A DNA stretch of 64,000 bases, taken from contig OZ316895.1 of the NCBI GenBank assembly GCA_973895155.1, forward strand, positions 12,469,929 to 12,533,928, read 5' to 3'. This document shows, in pieces, positions 36,701-51,200 of this stretch (position 1 is its first letter; the number at the start of each line of letters is the position of its first letter). This stretch comes from Marsupella aquatica. Its lineage: Eukaryota > Plantae > Marchantiophyta. The translations under genes and the position numbers were made by a program. The notes beneath the pieces are model-generated. The model worked only from the letters and a program-made list of their open reading frames with translations. It had not been told where the DNA came from and ran no database searches.

Positions 36701-39700
36701 TATATGACGTTGCAGAAAACATGGTTGTTGTTCTTGAGTACTTTGCAATGTTTAGAAAGTAACTCTAATGTTCTGCCCACTTTTTGAGGGTAAGGCTTGG
36801 TAAACGTTTCCCCAACTCACCAAATAGCATTGAAGTGAACAAAAGGAAATCGTGTAAGAGTCCAGTGAGCTCCAAGGGGGACCAGCACAGAGTGTACATA
36901 GCAGTAATTGCCCCATAGGGACAACCAAACATCTATACATATTTCTAAGTGGAAGAAGTTGTGGCCGTTGAATGGAGCAGGAGTTATGACAACGTCTACG
37001 GAGTTTGATGCTATTTCTGTTGTATCTTCAAGTCATACATGTCACCTTCCTGCAGTTTAATCTGTCATGCTACTACGTTGAGCATGAAGGGAATGTTCCC
37101 TGTCGTCAAGTTTTAAGTAGTGGCAATCAATTGTCTGTAGTATCGACTGATTTATATGTTGAGAAACTTGGGTTCATTATGCAGCGGTTGTCATTGAAAA
37201 GCTATGAGCTCTCTCGAGTTTACCGTAGGAGTGTAGGTGACAATGCCCCAAGAGAATACTTCCAGGTATGTAAAATGCTTGCTTCGTTTCATTCTTGGAA
37301 GTTTCTGTATACTTTTGTCGTAATTGATTACTGTCATCTTGAGCAACATAATTCCACGTCGGAGGAGTAATGTGACCGAGTTTTATCCATTCAATTCATC
37401 GCAGGGAGATTTTGACATAATAGGCGGAGCACAAACCTTGGCAGAAGCTGAAGCAGTGAAGGTGAGTAGATCCAATCACTTTTCTCTAATTAAAAACATT
37501 CCTACTGGCATTTTTCTTTGTTGTTGTTGTTGTGGGGGCGGGGGGCCGCGGAACTTGAGAGAGGGGGGCCTCCTGCTCACATTTTTGACCGGTGCATGAC
37601 TGTAATAGCCAGGATGTGCGGGAGCACTATCCCTTAGGACATCCTGGTGCTGAAAGAACCTTATCAAACGGGATCAAAGTCGGCACGGCTTGGCCTCGTC
37701 GTTACCCGACTAGCACATTTCACTTGCAAGGAATTAATAGAACCTGTTGAAGCTTTCTAAGAGGAGAGTGCAAAGTGTGTACCAAAAGATTAATCTTCTT
37801 GAGGTCCCAAAGTTGATTACCTCTATACTTGAGGGGTGTGGTGGAGAATTGCTGATTATGTGCTGCTTACTTGTTGCAATTGGAATGTGCTCCGCCTCAA
37901 CTGGCGAATTCTCCAGTGTTGGATTTTCCTTACTAGTGTTTTGGCCCATAACCTTTCAAGAATTGTTTTCTATCCGAAAATCAGATTTACAACGGAAATG
38001 AACAGTGTAGCCCTGGTGTGCCTTTTGAACCCTACGTGTGCTACGATCTCAGGTTGCTGTGGAAGTTGTGAGCAAGTTCCCAGTGTGGGATGTGGCTGAA
38101 GTCCGAATCAACCATCGACAAATTCTTAGAGCTATTTGGAACTGGTCTGGTGTTCACAATGAGCTCAGACAAAAAGTTATTCAGGTTATCTCGTTGTTCT
38201 CTCCTCTGTCCCACGGTCAGATGATCATGCACCAAAAGTTATTTGCCCTCCTGTTTGACCGAGGCAAGTGTATCCATACATATTATCAGATCCTACCGGT
38301 AGTCCTAGTCACGTGATATTCCACGAGAGCTCTAATCGTGCAAAGCATGAAAGTCTGCGATGTTCATTAGATTTAGTGCCCATATGACTACTCATGGTTT
38401 TCATCACAGATTCTAGCAGTTTTGGGGAGTGCCCCTCCACAATCTTCAGCGCGCAAAGCTTTATGGCCAATTGTTCGTCGGCAACTATTGCAGGTCTCTT
38501 CTTTTGTTATCTGTGCAGTGACGTGCAGTGCAATTCCATTGTGCTTCTGGGATAAGCATTCATTTCGTCGTCTGGGATTTTTACCTTATGTGCTTTCTTC
38601 AGTTTACTGCTAAGAATTCAACTTGACAGTTGCAACAGAGTGCCGCTTCAAATAGTCATCAGATCATGTGATGTGATGATCAAATCAACCGATTTGAAGT
38701 ATCTCAAATATTACCAACAGGACCAAGAATGCACACACTTCTGAAACACGCTCTTGCTGTATGTTGCCTGAAGACTGTCTGGAATCTTAGAGATGTATAG
38801 CTATAATTCGGTCTTGGATGAAGAGGATGACATCTGTACGGTATTTGGGGAATTCATTCAGGAGAACTATTTTTCCTTAAATTATATCACCATTTTGGTT
38901 CACATCCCTACAGGGACTTCATTTGCCAGAAGCTGTTGTGGATCGGCTACAAACAGTTGAGCGCAGGCTAAGTGGTAGCGCCAACGAGGTTCTGCCGCGT
39001 TTACGGGGAGCACTTCCTCCCAGTATGTATTTCCAGCTTGAAGTTCGCACTTCCTGATTCTGTAGTCGTGAACGGGTTTCAATAATATCAAAGAAGTTTG
39101 GATGGGTGGATGAAAAGTCAGGGTCACTAAAGAGGGAACTTAGCCTTCATGGTTCCAACCAAAAGTATAGTTTTCTATTTTTTCCTACAATTGAAGTTTT
39201 ATATTGTAGAGTGTCTTCGTGCTAGGTATCCAGTGTGTATAATGTGCACTTGCATGTATCTGCGTAGGTGGAAACACACTACTCGCAATTGATGAGGTGT
39301 CAACTTTGCTGAGATACTTACGAATATGGGACATTGAAAAGTTTGTGCTTTTTGATGCATTGATGGCGGCCTCTGAGGACTTCTTCAGTGGAGCTTTCTT
39401 TCAGGTAAACAGGCCAAAAACTTTTCTGAGAGTGTTAACAGGGTGGCAGTATATGATGAATAAATTGCTGAGAATGGTATGCAACATGTACCGGGGGGTT
39501 AAGAGAGTTCAGGGGCCAAACAAGGGATAGATATCTGAGCGCAGAGGAAGGGTTGTTTGCGGAAGGTGGTGTTACAAAGGTTTGATTGTTCTCAGGGAAT
39601 ACTACTGAATCAAGAATTAGTGTCAAAATGGACTCATGATAGATACGGAAATATGAACAATAGTGAAGTCCTCGGTGGTAGATATACCGCCAGTTTTTTT

Positions 39701-41375
39701 GGTTGTTCTCTGACGATTCTGTCCTTTGGTATTAAAAGCATTCTCATGTTGTACACAGGTGCACGTGCAAAAGACCAGCAATACTAATCGCAATATGTTG
39801 CCATCTGCTTGTATCGCTGTTGGAGGGTGCTACAATCAGCTGGTTGCAAAATACTGGGATAACTATCTGGTAGCAACGCAGAGTCAAAAGCACGAGAGCC
39901 CATTTAGCTTTTGTTTCTGTCTCATTTTTGCTTAGTCATGCAGTTGTGGCTTTAGAGTGTATGAAGCCCCGGCCAGTGTATAGGATCATGGAAGGCAGTC
40001 TAGTGTTATGCAGGACATAACAAGTTCTCTACTACGTTTATGATAGACATGCAGATATCATGTTATTGTGATATGTGTGAAAAGAATATGTCAAGCTTAC
40101 ACCTATGCACGTCATTCATGTAATTTGTCATGTCTACATTTGACTCGAAAGTAGTTGATGTAACACAGTGACGGGCAATTCCTGGAATCTGAACCTGGTC
40201 ATGTGACAGGCGGGTCCTTCACCAGGCGCTGTTGGGCTGAGCATAGCCGTGCAGAGGTTGATGGACGCAATGGCAGTTGACCGGTCAGTAGAATTTCTTT
40301 TAGTAGCCACAAGTAAGACTTCAAGCTTAGGACTGTTTCGATTTTGCAGCCTGTACGAATTGGCAGCAATTTGAGACTGTTATGCGTTTTTCCGGTGATA
40401 GTCAGCTCTGTAAGTTTTGGGCAGAGTGCAATTCTGGCCTGCTCTATGGAATAGATTAAGTCTAGACTGGCACAAAGATGCAAGACTGAATGTGTCAGCT
40501 AGTGTTCCTGAACACTAAGGTTGTATTAAATGGGTATTTATCAGGACCCAATGCGATGCTGCATCAGAAGTACTTGTTTGCAGTAAGGGAGGCGGGGGGT
40601 TATTGATGGAACGGATGGAGATTGTAAATGATCTTTGGTCTGCTAACATTAAGGTAACAGCAGCCCTGCAAAAATGGTGCTTGTGTGACTTCCCTCTTCC
40701 GTAGACGTCAGAACAACTGTGCTAAGTCAACTCAGAAAACTCTTCCAGTGAGGATAAGCAAATAATGATCAAGTTTTTCAAACACCTTCAGGTATCAGCA
40801 TGTCAATCTAATCCATATACTCAACATTTCATGGCACGGTAGCAAACCGAGATAAATTATTTGCTGGCTAGCATTTGCCTTTCCAAGTAAATTGAGAGCA
40901 GAAGGCGGTCTAACACTCCAGTTTGGTGTGAATCGGTGAGGCAGGCAGAGTATCTACGATCAGAGGCACCCAGTTTCACAGAGCAATATGAGTATGCACA
41001 TGACAACGGTATCAAGTGGTTGGTGATTATAACGGACGCGGCACTGTCCCTAGCGGATACTGTGAAGGTGTTTTCCATGTTCTCTTTACCCATGTTTATC
41101 CTGTTATGTTGCCTATCGGATAGGTGATGTAAAAACCTCATCCACAGGACATCGACTAAACTGCAAGTTCCATCTTTTTCCATGGTACCCAACTATCGGC
41201 GCGGTATCTGATCCCATTCTACGTTGTTTGGTTTTCCTCCCTGCAGGTTAGACATCTAGATCTGAAAGTTGAAGACGATGTCAAAAGAGAAGAGTTGGTT
41301 AGGTACTTCAACGATTTTTCCTCAACACAGTTCAATTCGAGGAAGAAGAGTTCGTCCATGCGCACTTCAAATTGA
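27777..41375 (+). CDS. GCN2: eIF2-alpha kinase GCN2 (RWD, kinase, HisRS-like and anticodon-binding domains), about 29 exons
   Basis: Exon 1 MGSGSGGGRGKKKRGGKS...QLSEELTAL; RWD ...EAIFQDD...CLPGYPLRPPKL...AREGRVMVFNL; kinase SRYSSDFEEL..LGKGGFGHVVLCKNKLDGRRYAMKKI...LYIQMEYC...HRDLTPNNIFFD...KIGDFGL...GTYFYTAPE...PFSTAMER; HisRS-like PREYFQGDFDIIGG, AVGGCY, GAVGLS; C-terminal SKGGGGLLMERMEIV, EQYEYAH. Exon starts about 27777, 28223, 28583, 28874, 29230, 30096, 30828, 31454, 31695, 32082, 33659, 33913, 34188, 34492, 34870, 35473, 35969, 36584, 37185, 37405, 38053, 38411, 38914, 39268, 39759, 40210, 40545, 40945, 41247. TGA at 41373-41375. Confidence 0.95.
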
Positions 41376-44300
41376 TATGTGCGGCTGAAGCTTAGCCCTT
41401 GCGCTCGTGCTATCACAATTCTAGACAAGTAGTACGGCAAATGGCCCAAATATTGATCAACTAATTTAATTATGTTGATCTACAGCTAAAATTTTGCATT
41501 CAGGGCATCATTATGGCAATCAGTTTTTGGAAAGCTCCAGGAACGATTGTGCTCACGAGTAGGACTACGTCACAGAAGTTTGTTACCCATTTCAGGTCAA
41601 CATGATATTACAGGGGATGTCAAATTTGTGTAGGTATATATGGTTGCATTGAGGGTAATTAATATAGCAATACGGATAGGTGGACTGGTACGCTTTCCAG
41701 CACTAGGTAGTTGATTGGAGTGACGATGCCTTGGCTTCCCTGTGGGTGGCTTTGAGTGAACTGGGGCAGGTCGCCCTTGTTTTAAAGGAAAACGAAAAAG
41801 AAAGTGCAATCAAGATTGTCCCACATTTGTGCACTGCTTGAAAATCTGGTTTGAGATGGATTAGATCTTCATACTACTCTTCATATTAATTAAGACTAAG
41901 GGCCCAGGGGAGAACCCAGAAAGTACAGCTGACTAACTTAAAGTATCATTTATTCGTCTATCTAAGAAATCCAAATCATGACATGCATGTTTTCTTGTGA
42001 TCATAGTGCACTGTTGTCCACTGTCCTCTTTGTTAGCAAATGATCAATCAAATGTGTCAATCAATCAGATTGAACAACTGCAGTTAGTCACATTGTTGGC
42101 TAAAAAGTAAATGAATTAGAAACAAATTCCCTATTATAATTTTAAAAGTGACTAGATTGGTTGCAAGGGGTTATTTTTTTTGCCTTCACTCTTTGTTATT
42201 TGGTATGTTATTTTTTCTTAACTTCTCATCGCTCCTAGGTCTAATCGTTTTTGTTCGTGTCACAACAAACATGAATATATGGTTGTGTTTGTGGCAGAAA
42301 CTGCTGATGAGGTGCAACCATAGATCAAGAATTTTGTGAGAGACTTGTCATGGGGGGCCGTAACAAAACTTTAAAAATAAAGAATTTGATGGATTATTTA
42401 AAATTGACACAACAATAAGAGAAATGAATTGTGCAATGGCTGTATCCAGGCAAAAACCAAACTGACATGAAATTATGTTCTAGAAGTCAAGGTTAACCTT
42501 GGTAATGTTTCTAAATGATGTGATTTAAAAAACAATTGAGGTGATAAACCCAAATTTCTGCCAAATATTAATTTTTACATCTAATAAGTTACTTTAAAAT
42601 TTGGCCAAAGTTTAATAAGAAGGGCAATATCCTATCATGCAGAATTTAAAGTCCAAAAGGACCATCTAGCTAGATATATATATGTTAATTGCAGAGTCAT
42701 GCGATCAAGAACCGTAAGTGGCAAACACATATCCACTCAATTGATCTAAAGCATTTCAGCCCAAAGTAAGGTTCGTCTTTGAAACTCCAGTGAACCACAT
42801 TTCCCCCAAAATGAGTTTTATTGTAATAACTTGATATTCGTAAATTCAAATGCTTTTGTGTTTTGGAAATATGCTAGAGGAGTAGGTAAGCTACACTAGA
42901 TTCCATCAAAAGTGAGGAAAGTTTTGGCCATTTGCGTTGAGTTTTTCAACATAAGCTGGAGGGGTAAATTTCATTACATCAATTTTCATTGTGTTAGTAT
43001 GAAATATTGGGCTTGTGTTTTTTTGGTCTCCTCCTTCTCTAGCTGCCTTCAGATATGCAGTCTCTCGATCCTACATGTCAAAAAGTGGCGCACAGAAGTG
43101 CCGAGTGACATGAATTGGTAGCTTTGTCTAAAATCCTAGATCACCTAGAGGCAGTCTAAAGTCTGGCGGCTTGATTTAAGGGATTTACGTTTATTTTAGC
43201 TCATCTCAAAACAACGAAAAGAGACCACTTTCTTGGGGTAAGGATCCAACAGAATGCATAGGAAAAAGCAAAAGAGGGAAAAATAGGAAAGCTTTTGGTT
43301 CGAGCCTATGTTTAGGACCAAAAGTGTCTAAGGTTTGATTGTGTGGGAAAGAGTACTAAAGCGCCCTCAAAAGTCTTGTAAAGCTAACCTTAGCTAGAAC
43401 AAACTATAGTAGTGAACTACACTTGAAGATTGTAGGCACTGGTTTCTTTTCTACAATCCAATGAAAGCCTTTGTTCTTCGTATGGGCTCGTGAACAGATC
43501 GAGCCCGTAAAACGAGGATCACTTCGATCAAGGTAAAACCTGTCCAAAAGCCCCTTTCCTCAAAAGAGATTTCGCTTTAGCTCGGTCAAACCTCACAATT
43601 CTCCTTGCAGACCATGCTCTAGCCCAGGTGTCTCTCTCTTTCTCTCAGTCTCGGGATATGATGCAGAAGTTACAGATAGACTTAAAGTAGATTATTAGAG
43701 AGAAAGTCACCTTGATCAAGCTTTCAGCACAATGATGTTGGAGCTGACAAAGGTCGTCTGGCAATGAGTGCTGCCAGTCTGCATCCATCCAGAGGAAAGA
43801 CAGTACTGGCTCTAAAAGCTGCCATGATCACAGAACATTGAAACGGATTTTACTCCTTTTGATGAAGTTCCAAATCGAAAAGCTACACAACAGTAAGAAA
43901 AAGGTACCGCAGCCTTTACTGTTTCTGGATTCCAGTTCTTGTTGTCTCCCCCCGCCCCAAAACCGGAGCTATGTCCCCAAACCGACCTCATTATTGTTAA
44001 TTTTGTGAGCAATCAACAGAATGGCAGTTTGACCAGATTACTATTGTTAACGATCTCAACACCTTGAAATCCCTGCCGGTAATCACACATCAAAATGTAG
44101 TACTATACTGTGTGCACTCACTGATTTAAAGAAAATAAGGACGTTTATCATTGTATGGTGCGACCTTGAAATTGTCCGAAACAGACAGCACGTGTTGCAC
44201 GACCGTGTCTGAGCTACTGACCTCCTATGTATCTGAGGATCATTATCAATTTAATTCGAAAAAATAGCCAATTTGTGAGCCCTCAAATACGAGTTTGACC

Positions 44301-47300
44301 AGTTGACTAGCGTAAATCCATCTCGGAAGACCTGGAAATTGTCACCGACAGACCCTCTCGTTCTCAGTTGCCAATCATATGGAGCGTGTCACGTGCAGTA
44401 GTTAAATCTGTGATTTTGCTTCCTAGTTTTGGTCATCCTTCTCTCCCAGTTCAGGCCCCGGTTCAGGCCTCTCCTCTTTTCTTTGTACACCACAACCTCA
44501 GGTCCGGCCATCCCTGTTGCCGCCCCCTTTTGTGGGCCACCCATGTTGTATGCTGGCTTTTTGAATGAAATTCAATTGGTTCTTTCCAAGCAAAATGAGC
44601 TGGAAGTTGTCCCAAACAGAGAGACAGCATCTCAACGCCGAGGGGCTTTACAAGAACGACAGGAACAAACTTACTGGTCCCTTCCAATATTTTGTTTTTA
44701 TATTTCATCTCAACCATTCCTATCAAGTGACCGGTTCATTTTCACTTTACACGAGATTGAGGCCACACTTGTACAAGAACTCTCCCACTCCTACATGGAC
44801 CGGAATGGGTCACAAAAATTGTTCATGTGAGCTGTGTAATATTGGCCAAAATTTAGACCACCTCAAATTGAGGTGGTACATTTTGTATACAGGACTAAAT
44901 GCACTACCTGACAGTCACCTAGTCACCTAGGAATTGCCTGAAACAGGTTGCACTCGTTGCACCTGCGTGTCTGATCGAGCTACTGAGATCGATTGAATAT
45001 TGGAAAGGGGCCCTCCCCCATAATATATTATAAAGGGAGCCAAAAACTTATCAACGTGTCATGGCATTTGATGTCCTGAGGAATCAACCTAGATTGGGGT
45101 GTTGGGTAGCTCATCAGAAGGATCTATCGAGCCGGTCTCGCCATTTTTATTTAGACAGTACTAAAATTAATTAAATACTTTGAAATCTTATTCTGAAACT
45201 CATGCACGGATCGAGTTCTTGTACTAACTAGGCAATCAACCTATGCTGGATTGTAATTTGGGTTCCGCAGATCGGTCGATCTAGCTGGGCATGCAGCTCT
45301 TGTCAGTAGCATTTATTTGGGACTGAGGATGTTAGTTATCTTCAGCAGTCCCGTTCTGAATCTGAGTACCCTCCTTCAATACCGTACTTAATAGCTTCAG
45401 AAGGCTTTTAGAGGGCCTCCGTAGTTCAGCCAGGCGCGCGACAAATAGTCATATCCTACCATCAGGCATGTTCTAGATCTAATTCAATGATCAATTAAGG
45501 ATAGCCGTTCTGCTGCTTCTTATTCCACTCAGTGACTGCATGTGCATATGGACCATCTAGTATCTGACTTCGTAAATCATTCAGGAAGCTCTCGCTTCAG
45601 TTTCTAAGATGTGGGAGGTTCCCCTAGGTTTATCTGCTCCTTTCCAAGTCACTAAAGTGGGTAGTGTAGCGGTAAGACGAAACTTGCAATTACGACACCG
45701 ACAACTTTCTCCATACCCAGAACTGATAAGTTGAGCAGATCATGTTCCAGTTTCGGTTGTTGATGGATCGATCGAGCCCTACTACTCCAGTCCAGGACCC
45801 CATTGACTTTTTGCATGACCTGCGAGGACAATTCTTCAGCTTCCAGTGATGCACTACAGAACGCACATTCAACCTTTTTACTGTACTTAGGGTTGCCCGA
45901 GAGCATAGTGTGATATCTCCACTACCGCGATGATTTGTAGGCCAATTCGATCAGAACAAAATTATTGACTGGGGTTGGATTTAGAAAGCGAAAGTCCTCA
46001 GTTCGTTTTAATTCTAATATAGTTAAATTCGGCGAGACTCAGACTGGCAGTTCCAAAATGATGGCCGTGCGGTTCGATCCATTTGACAATTCAACGATTC
46101 GAACTTCGACATATCTCTCGATAGGCACGATGGACCGCTGCGGCCCTGCTAATGGCTGTCCGCGGGCCAGTTGGTACTTCAGTTGTCTGGAAGAGTAAGT
46201 TGCTCGGACGGACTGTAGATCTAGAGTTATAGACCACGTCGCTTTTTTTAGTTGGGCAGAATGATCGAGGCCGGTCCACACTGACTGTCTTGCCCGTGTC
46301 TCTCATGCTTTTCATCTGATCGTGAAACACCAACAACGTGATGTAACTGATGTGGCGGTACTCTGAGCGACTGAGCCCCGACCGTGAGCATCTTTGACCT
46401 GTATTGTGTGTACAGTACTGGAATGGATTGTGGACGGTACTAAGCTGTTACGGCTCACTCACCCAATTTTGCGCGACGTGGCCGGGTCCGCTCTTCAGGG
46501 TTCAGATGATTCCGACCAATGTGTTTTTGGAGATGCAAACTATGGAAGTTGGAAAGCAGCAATTCAACATGCACCGGCCAGCAAGACTAATACTCGAACA
46601 AACAGTGTCCGCAAGGATTAATTTCTTTCGGATGAGGAAAAGTCACAATTCATGCATTGGCCATTTCAAAGCCCAAGATTACTGCTCTAATTTTGTCCTC
46701 AAGAAGTGTCTTGTTTCGGAGCAGGAAGAGGCACAATTCAAGGCGCATCTCAAGTTGTGAAGATTAATGCTCCAAGCGTATCTACGAAGATTTGTTCCGG
46801 ATCGGGAGTCACAAGTCATGGCCATCTCAAGATTGCCCAGCGTTATTCTTAGAATTGGGCTAAACAATGCAGGCAGATCATAATAGCACGCACATTGCAA
46901 TCCTACACGACTTTAAGCTCCATTACCTGAAGTAAGTAAAATTGGCTTATCTTAGCAAGCGATATCACAACAGCTCTACAAAGAACAGTAAGCTCAACTG
47001 TGGCCAGCTATGTCATAAGTCATAACGGGCGGGCAGTCCTGGATTTTAGCTGTAACTCGCAACTTTTTGTCGATCACTTCATCAAAAAACATTTTTGGGG
47101 TTAGATATCTATCTATCTATCTATATATATAATTTTCCATATTTTCTTTTGTCTTGAACAAGAAACGATGAAAAACATTTAGTACACTCTCCCAACCCCA
47201 ATAGTGACTTACTAGTGAACCCATTTCATGGTGAGCCCTGAGACCCTTTCCAGATTTCCATGGGCTACTAACAATAGCCCTAAATGATTTTACTTTTTAA

Positions 47301-48138
47301 TTCCTTAATCAGGGTTACAAGCTAAACTAAGTCGCCTACCTGATCAGCAGGAATGTGCAATATTGGAGAATATCTCACCAAAACAGGAAGGCATGTACAT
47401 AGCTAGTACATATTCCAGTTGGGTGGTCAATTCTTTGGCAGTGCAAGCTATGCCAAGAGACCAAAACCATTAGCAGAAATCGTGCCTGGAGACAAACGTT
47501 AGTCTTCGTCGATTTGAAAATTACAAATAACTGGCGGATTAAATCGAGCTGTTTCTCTCGAGAAACCAACGGCACGGAAAACTACCTCGGAAAAAAATTC
47601 GAAAAAAGGATCATTCCATGTTGCAAAAGAGAAGTGAAACTAAAGGTTTCCCATGCTATGAAAGTACATGCACAAGGCCGTGTGCTTGGTTTAACTGGGA
47701 ACATGGGCCACATACTCCGTTGAGAAGGGCCGCCTTAATAAGTTGCCGGTTCCTCCGTCGAAATCGGAGGTCTCCCCGATAGATAGTGAGATAATGATAT
47801 ACCCATTTCGGTACGTTATGGAATCCGAAAAACTTCCAGTCCGCAATTAGTTTTCAGTGGTACAATGTGATGTCCTAATCCTTTCTTCATTGTTGCATCA
47901 CAAATATACGGTAATTGCCCTATCTTTGACTCCATAATAAGTTGACCTCAGCTCGACAGCAAATGACTGAAAGAATGGACAGCGAACAGCGAAGAGGTCT
48001 AACGGATCAGATCGAAAAGCAGGCTGAATTGGGTTGCGCATTCTCTTGGAGGAACAATGAGATTATCGGGGCTTTGTAGGTGTCGTACGTGATGGTCAAT
48101 TTGGTTCCATGTACTCCTACTGTTACTCTGACTGGAAT

Positions 48139-48216
48139 TTGAATATCAATTGGACGCTCGAGCTGAACTAGTGAGCATTGAATATCAATTGGACGCTCGA
48201 GCTGAACTAGTGAGCA
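48139..48216. repeat. Perfect 39-bp tandem duplication
   Basis: TTGAATATCAATTGGACGCTCGAGCTGAACTAGTGAGCA occurs twice in tandem. A second, imperfect ~41-bp duplication (GGCGTCAGATCG...CAGGTTGAGAGAGA) follows at about 48290-48368. Confidence 0.9.
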
Positions 48217-51200
48217 AGGATTATTTTATGCATGTCCACTTCTTGACGAGCTTCTTGAAGTTGGGATTCTCTATAACATCAGCACCTGGGGCGTCAGATC
48301 GGTAACAAAAATCAGGTTGAGAGAGAGAGAGGCGTCAGATCGATAGCACAAAGCAGGTTGAGAGAGACACAGAGAGAGGGAGAGACGCATGCATGGAATT
48401 TGACTGTCTGATATTTCGAGCTACAGCTGCGCAATCGACAATTCAAATTCCCTTCTTTCGTTTTGTTTTTTGTAAATTCGTAATAGTAAAACTTACATTC
48501 CGTCGGCAAGGCTTGTAGACCCGACACTTTCGAGCCTGCACGAGCACGATCTCAGTAAATCTCCAATTAAGTCTACTGTACGTAGCTGATCTGATGGCTG
48601 GCTAGGTCCAACAAAGGGCTGGCTCCAACGACCATGCAACGCACTTCAGTCCTGGCCGTCTTCCTTGAAATGTTTCTTAATAAGCAGGCAAGTACAAATT
48701 CTCTGTCCAGGCGAGCACACGCACCACGGGAATCTGTACTCACTGTCAATATTCCTGGTCGAGTAGGATGAGGATGTTCGGCTCCTTCGCCTCGAAGATC
48801 TAAAAGAATCCTATTCCATAAAACAAACAGTACACAACAAAGCAGTAGTACACAGAAAGGGGGACAATGGTTGGTTCGACTTCTAATGCACGAGACCTTG
48901 TCCCAACCAACATCAAGTAAACAACATATTGGCACAGCAAGAGCAACATCCCGCCAGTTATTTCAGATGGATTGCATGACAGAGCAAATACTTCGGCCTG
49001 ACTACATCATGCCCTCCACAGTGAATGACCTAGAATAGTTCCTTAGGGTCACATGTCTCGAACTGACTTGCATTTGCATTCCAGACAAGTTGTATTTGCC
49101 TCGAAAAATTTCAAAGAATTCCATCGCGGAATCGGAGAAAGTCTAAAGCTGCAAGATACGATTATTCAACCCTAAAGCCAAATGATCAGATTTCATGTCA
49201 GATTGATTTCTTTTCGGATTGCTTTTAGGTGAACGAAATGTGCAAACCGTACATTCTAGCCTTATATGCTTATCCAAGATGGCCAAAGAGTGCCTCGTCC
49301 ATAGCTGAACTTTGCCAGAGCTACGTTTCTATCCTCCCTTACAATTGAGTACCACCCGGCATATTAATATTCGTGTCTTGCAAGGTGACAGAATCATTAC
49401 TGAATTTCCGGTTCCCTTGCCACATCTCTAGGGCGGCACGATTCATCAAATCTAAGGATCTCGAACAAAATGTAATTCATCTACAGTACAAATGTCACCT
49501 CAGACGTCCTTGGAAGGTGCCCGATTCTCGTCCATTTAATGCACGCGAGGTATCGAGTTCTTATTAGTATTCTCAGTGCGGCAGTACTTCCACATTTCGA
49601 GTTTGGATGAATGCCACAGACTGGATACAAGGTCAAGTTGCCATTAATTAACGAACGACTGGATCGGAACAGATCGGGTTGTCTGAGTGCGCGTGACGTA
49701 TAGTAGTACAACATATTCAGTTGGCCAGTGGAAGCTCTCAGTACTGTAGTCTGTCAATGTTCTTTTCAAGTTTTCCAGACCTGGCTAATAATTTAAATTT
49801 TCCTAAAGAGGGAAGTCAAGGACGAGCAGATCGGTGGTACATTTGTACTGTACGTAACATTCATAATTAATTGATGGCCTACCACTTGCGCTGCTGTCTC
49901 GTCCCTACAACACTGCTACAATAATAGTGCAAAAGAGTGCACTCTGATAGTCCGATGTGGCGGCCACAGAGAACCCATACCGTAAGACTGTGGGTCTACA
50001 CCTTTATCCCCGGATCAAAGTCTGAACATGCTATTTGGTCCCAGAACTTTATTTCTCCCGTCCCGGAGTTTATTCAATTGATGAGCAGGGGAAGGTTGAG
50101 CACAATGTTGCGACTACTACCGTATTTTCTAGGGTGCTTACAGAAGAGGGTTCGGGAGGTTGGGAGTCAATAAGACGGGCGATCTGTCATACGAAAATTA
50201 ACTTGCTAGACTAAGAGGTCTAATGACAGTACTTTATACAAATGAGCTAGGAACTGGCTGCTAAACCTGTGGGCGTTTAAATGTAAGAGGTGGAGGGCAA
50301 AGGTGTCTTTTGTCTCATTCTTTGGAGTGACTTTGGCTTCCCTATTGCTTGCCTGATTGATTAGAATCCAAAATTTGGGAATTGGCAGTCCCTGCTCGAC
50401 GATTTGGCGGCAAATCATCATGTACTTTCATGGAGAAATTAGATGCGGCCGCCCACTCTTTGGAGACTGCCTTTTTGGCCGTAAAGTGGACAGCCCATCG
50501 ACAGTCCTGACTATTGCTTTCCCTCATCTGGACACGCAATCTGCTAGGTTCACCGATTTCTCAATTCTCTCTGAATCTCCACATGCACCCTGCAAACTTC
50601 ATCCGTGCAGATATGATTATACTGCAGACTCTCCACATTGCTGGTCAATCAAAATGTCTAAATTCATTTCATGATCGAGACAACCTCAAATGTAACCTTG
50701 AAATCATTCCTAACGTGAGATGTTCATCAGCCGGGATCACTAAATTGTCAGCAAATAGTCAACACTATTGGAGAAGCTAGGACATTACCGAGGCCTGGAC
50801 GATCTACTCTAGCTGGGAGACGATCTATGCTAGCTGGCAGACTGATAATCAGATTCAGAGTACTGTAAACGTAGTGCAGTGTGGTGCGTGCAAGGACGGG
50901 GAAAGTGAAAGTTGTACGTGAAGCAGAAACGAAACTTACTGGCCTCTTTCAGCACCGCATGGGCGCAATTCGCAGCTGCATCAGTAATTAAGTAATTAGT
51001 TCAACAAGCGGGCGGCCCATATGGACGACAGGCGGCACGCAATCAATCATGAAACACGTCTGACTTATCAGAGAGGACAAAACATTAATTTTTGTCAAGC
51101 TACAGTAGTAACCTATGAGAAAAGGATTTTATATCGATGTCAGGGAAGGGATGGTGGAACCGTGGAAGCGAAACTGTCCTGGCGAAGGAAAACTCCAGCA

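Noticed and set aside
38672-38746. C/D-box snoRNA candidate (GTGATGA...CTGA) in a GCN2 intron
   Set aside because: The terminal stem is weak and I recognised no rRNA or snRNA antisense element. Such boxes occur by chance in long introns.
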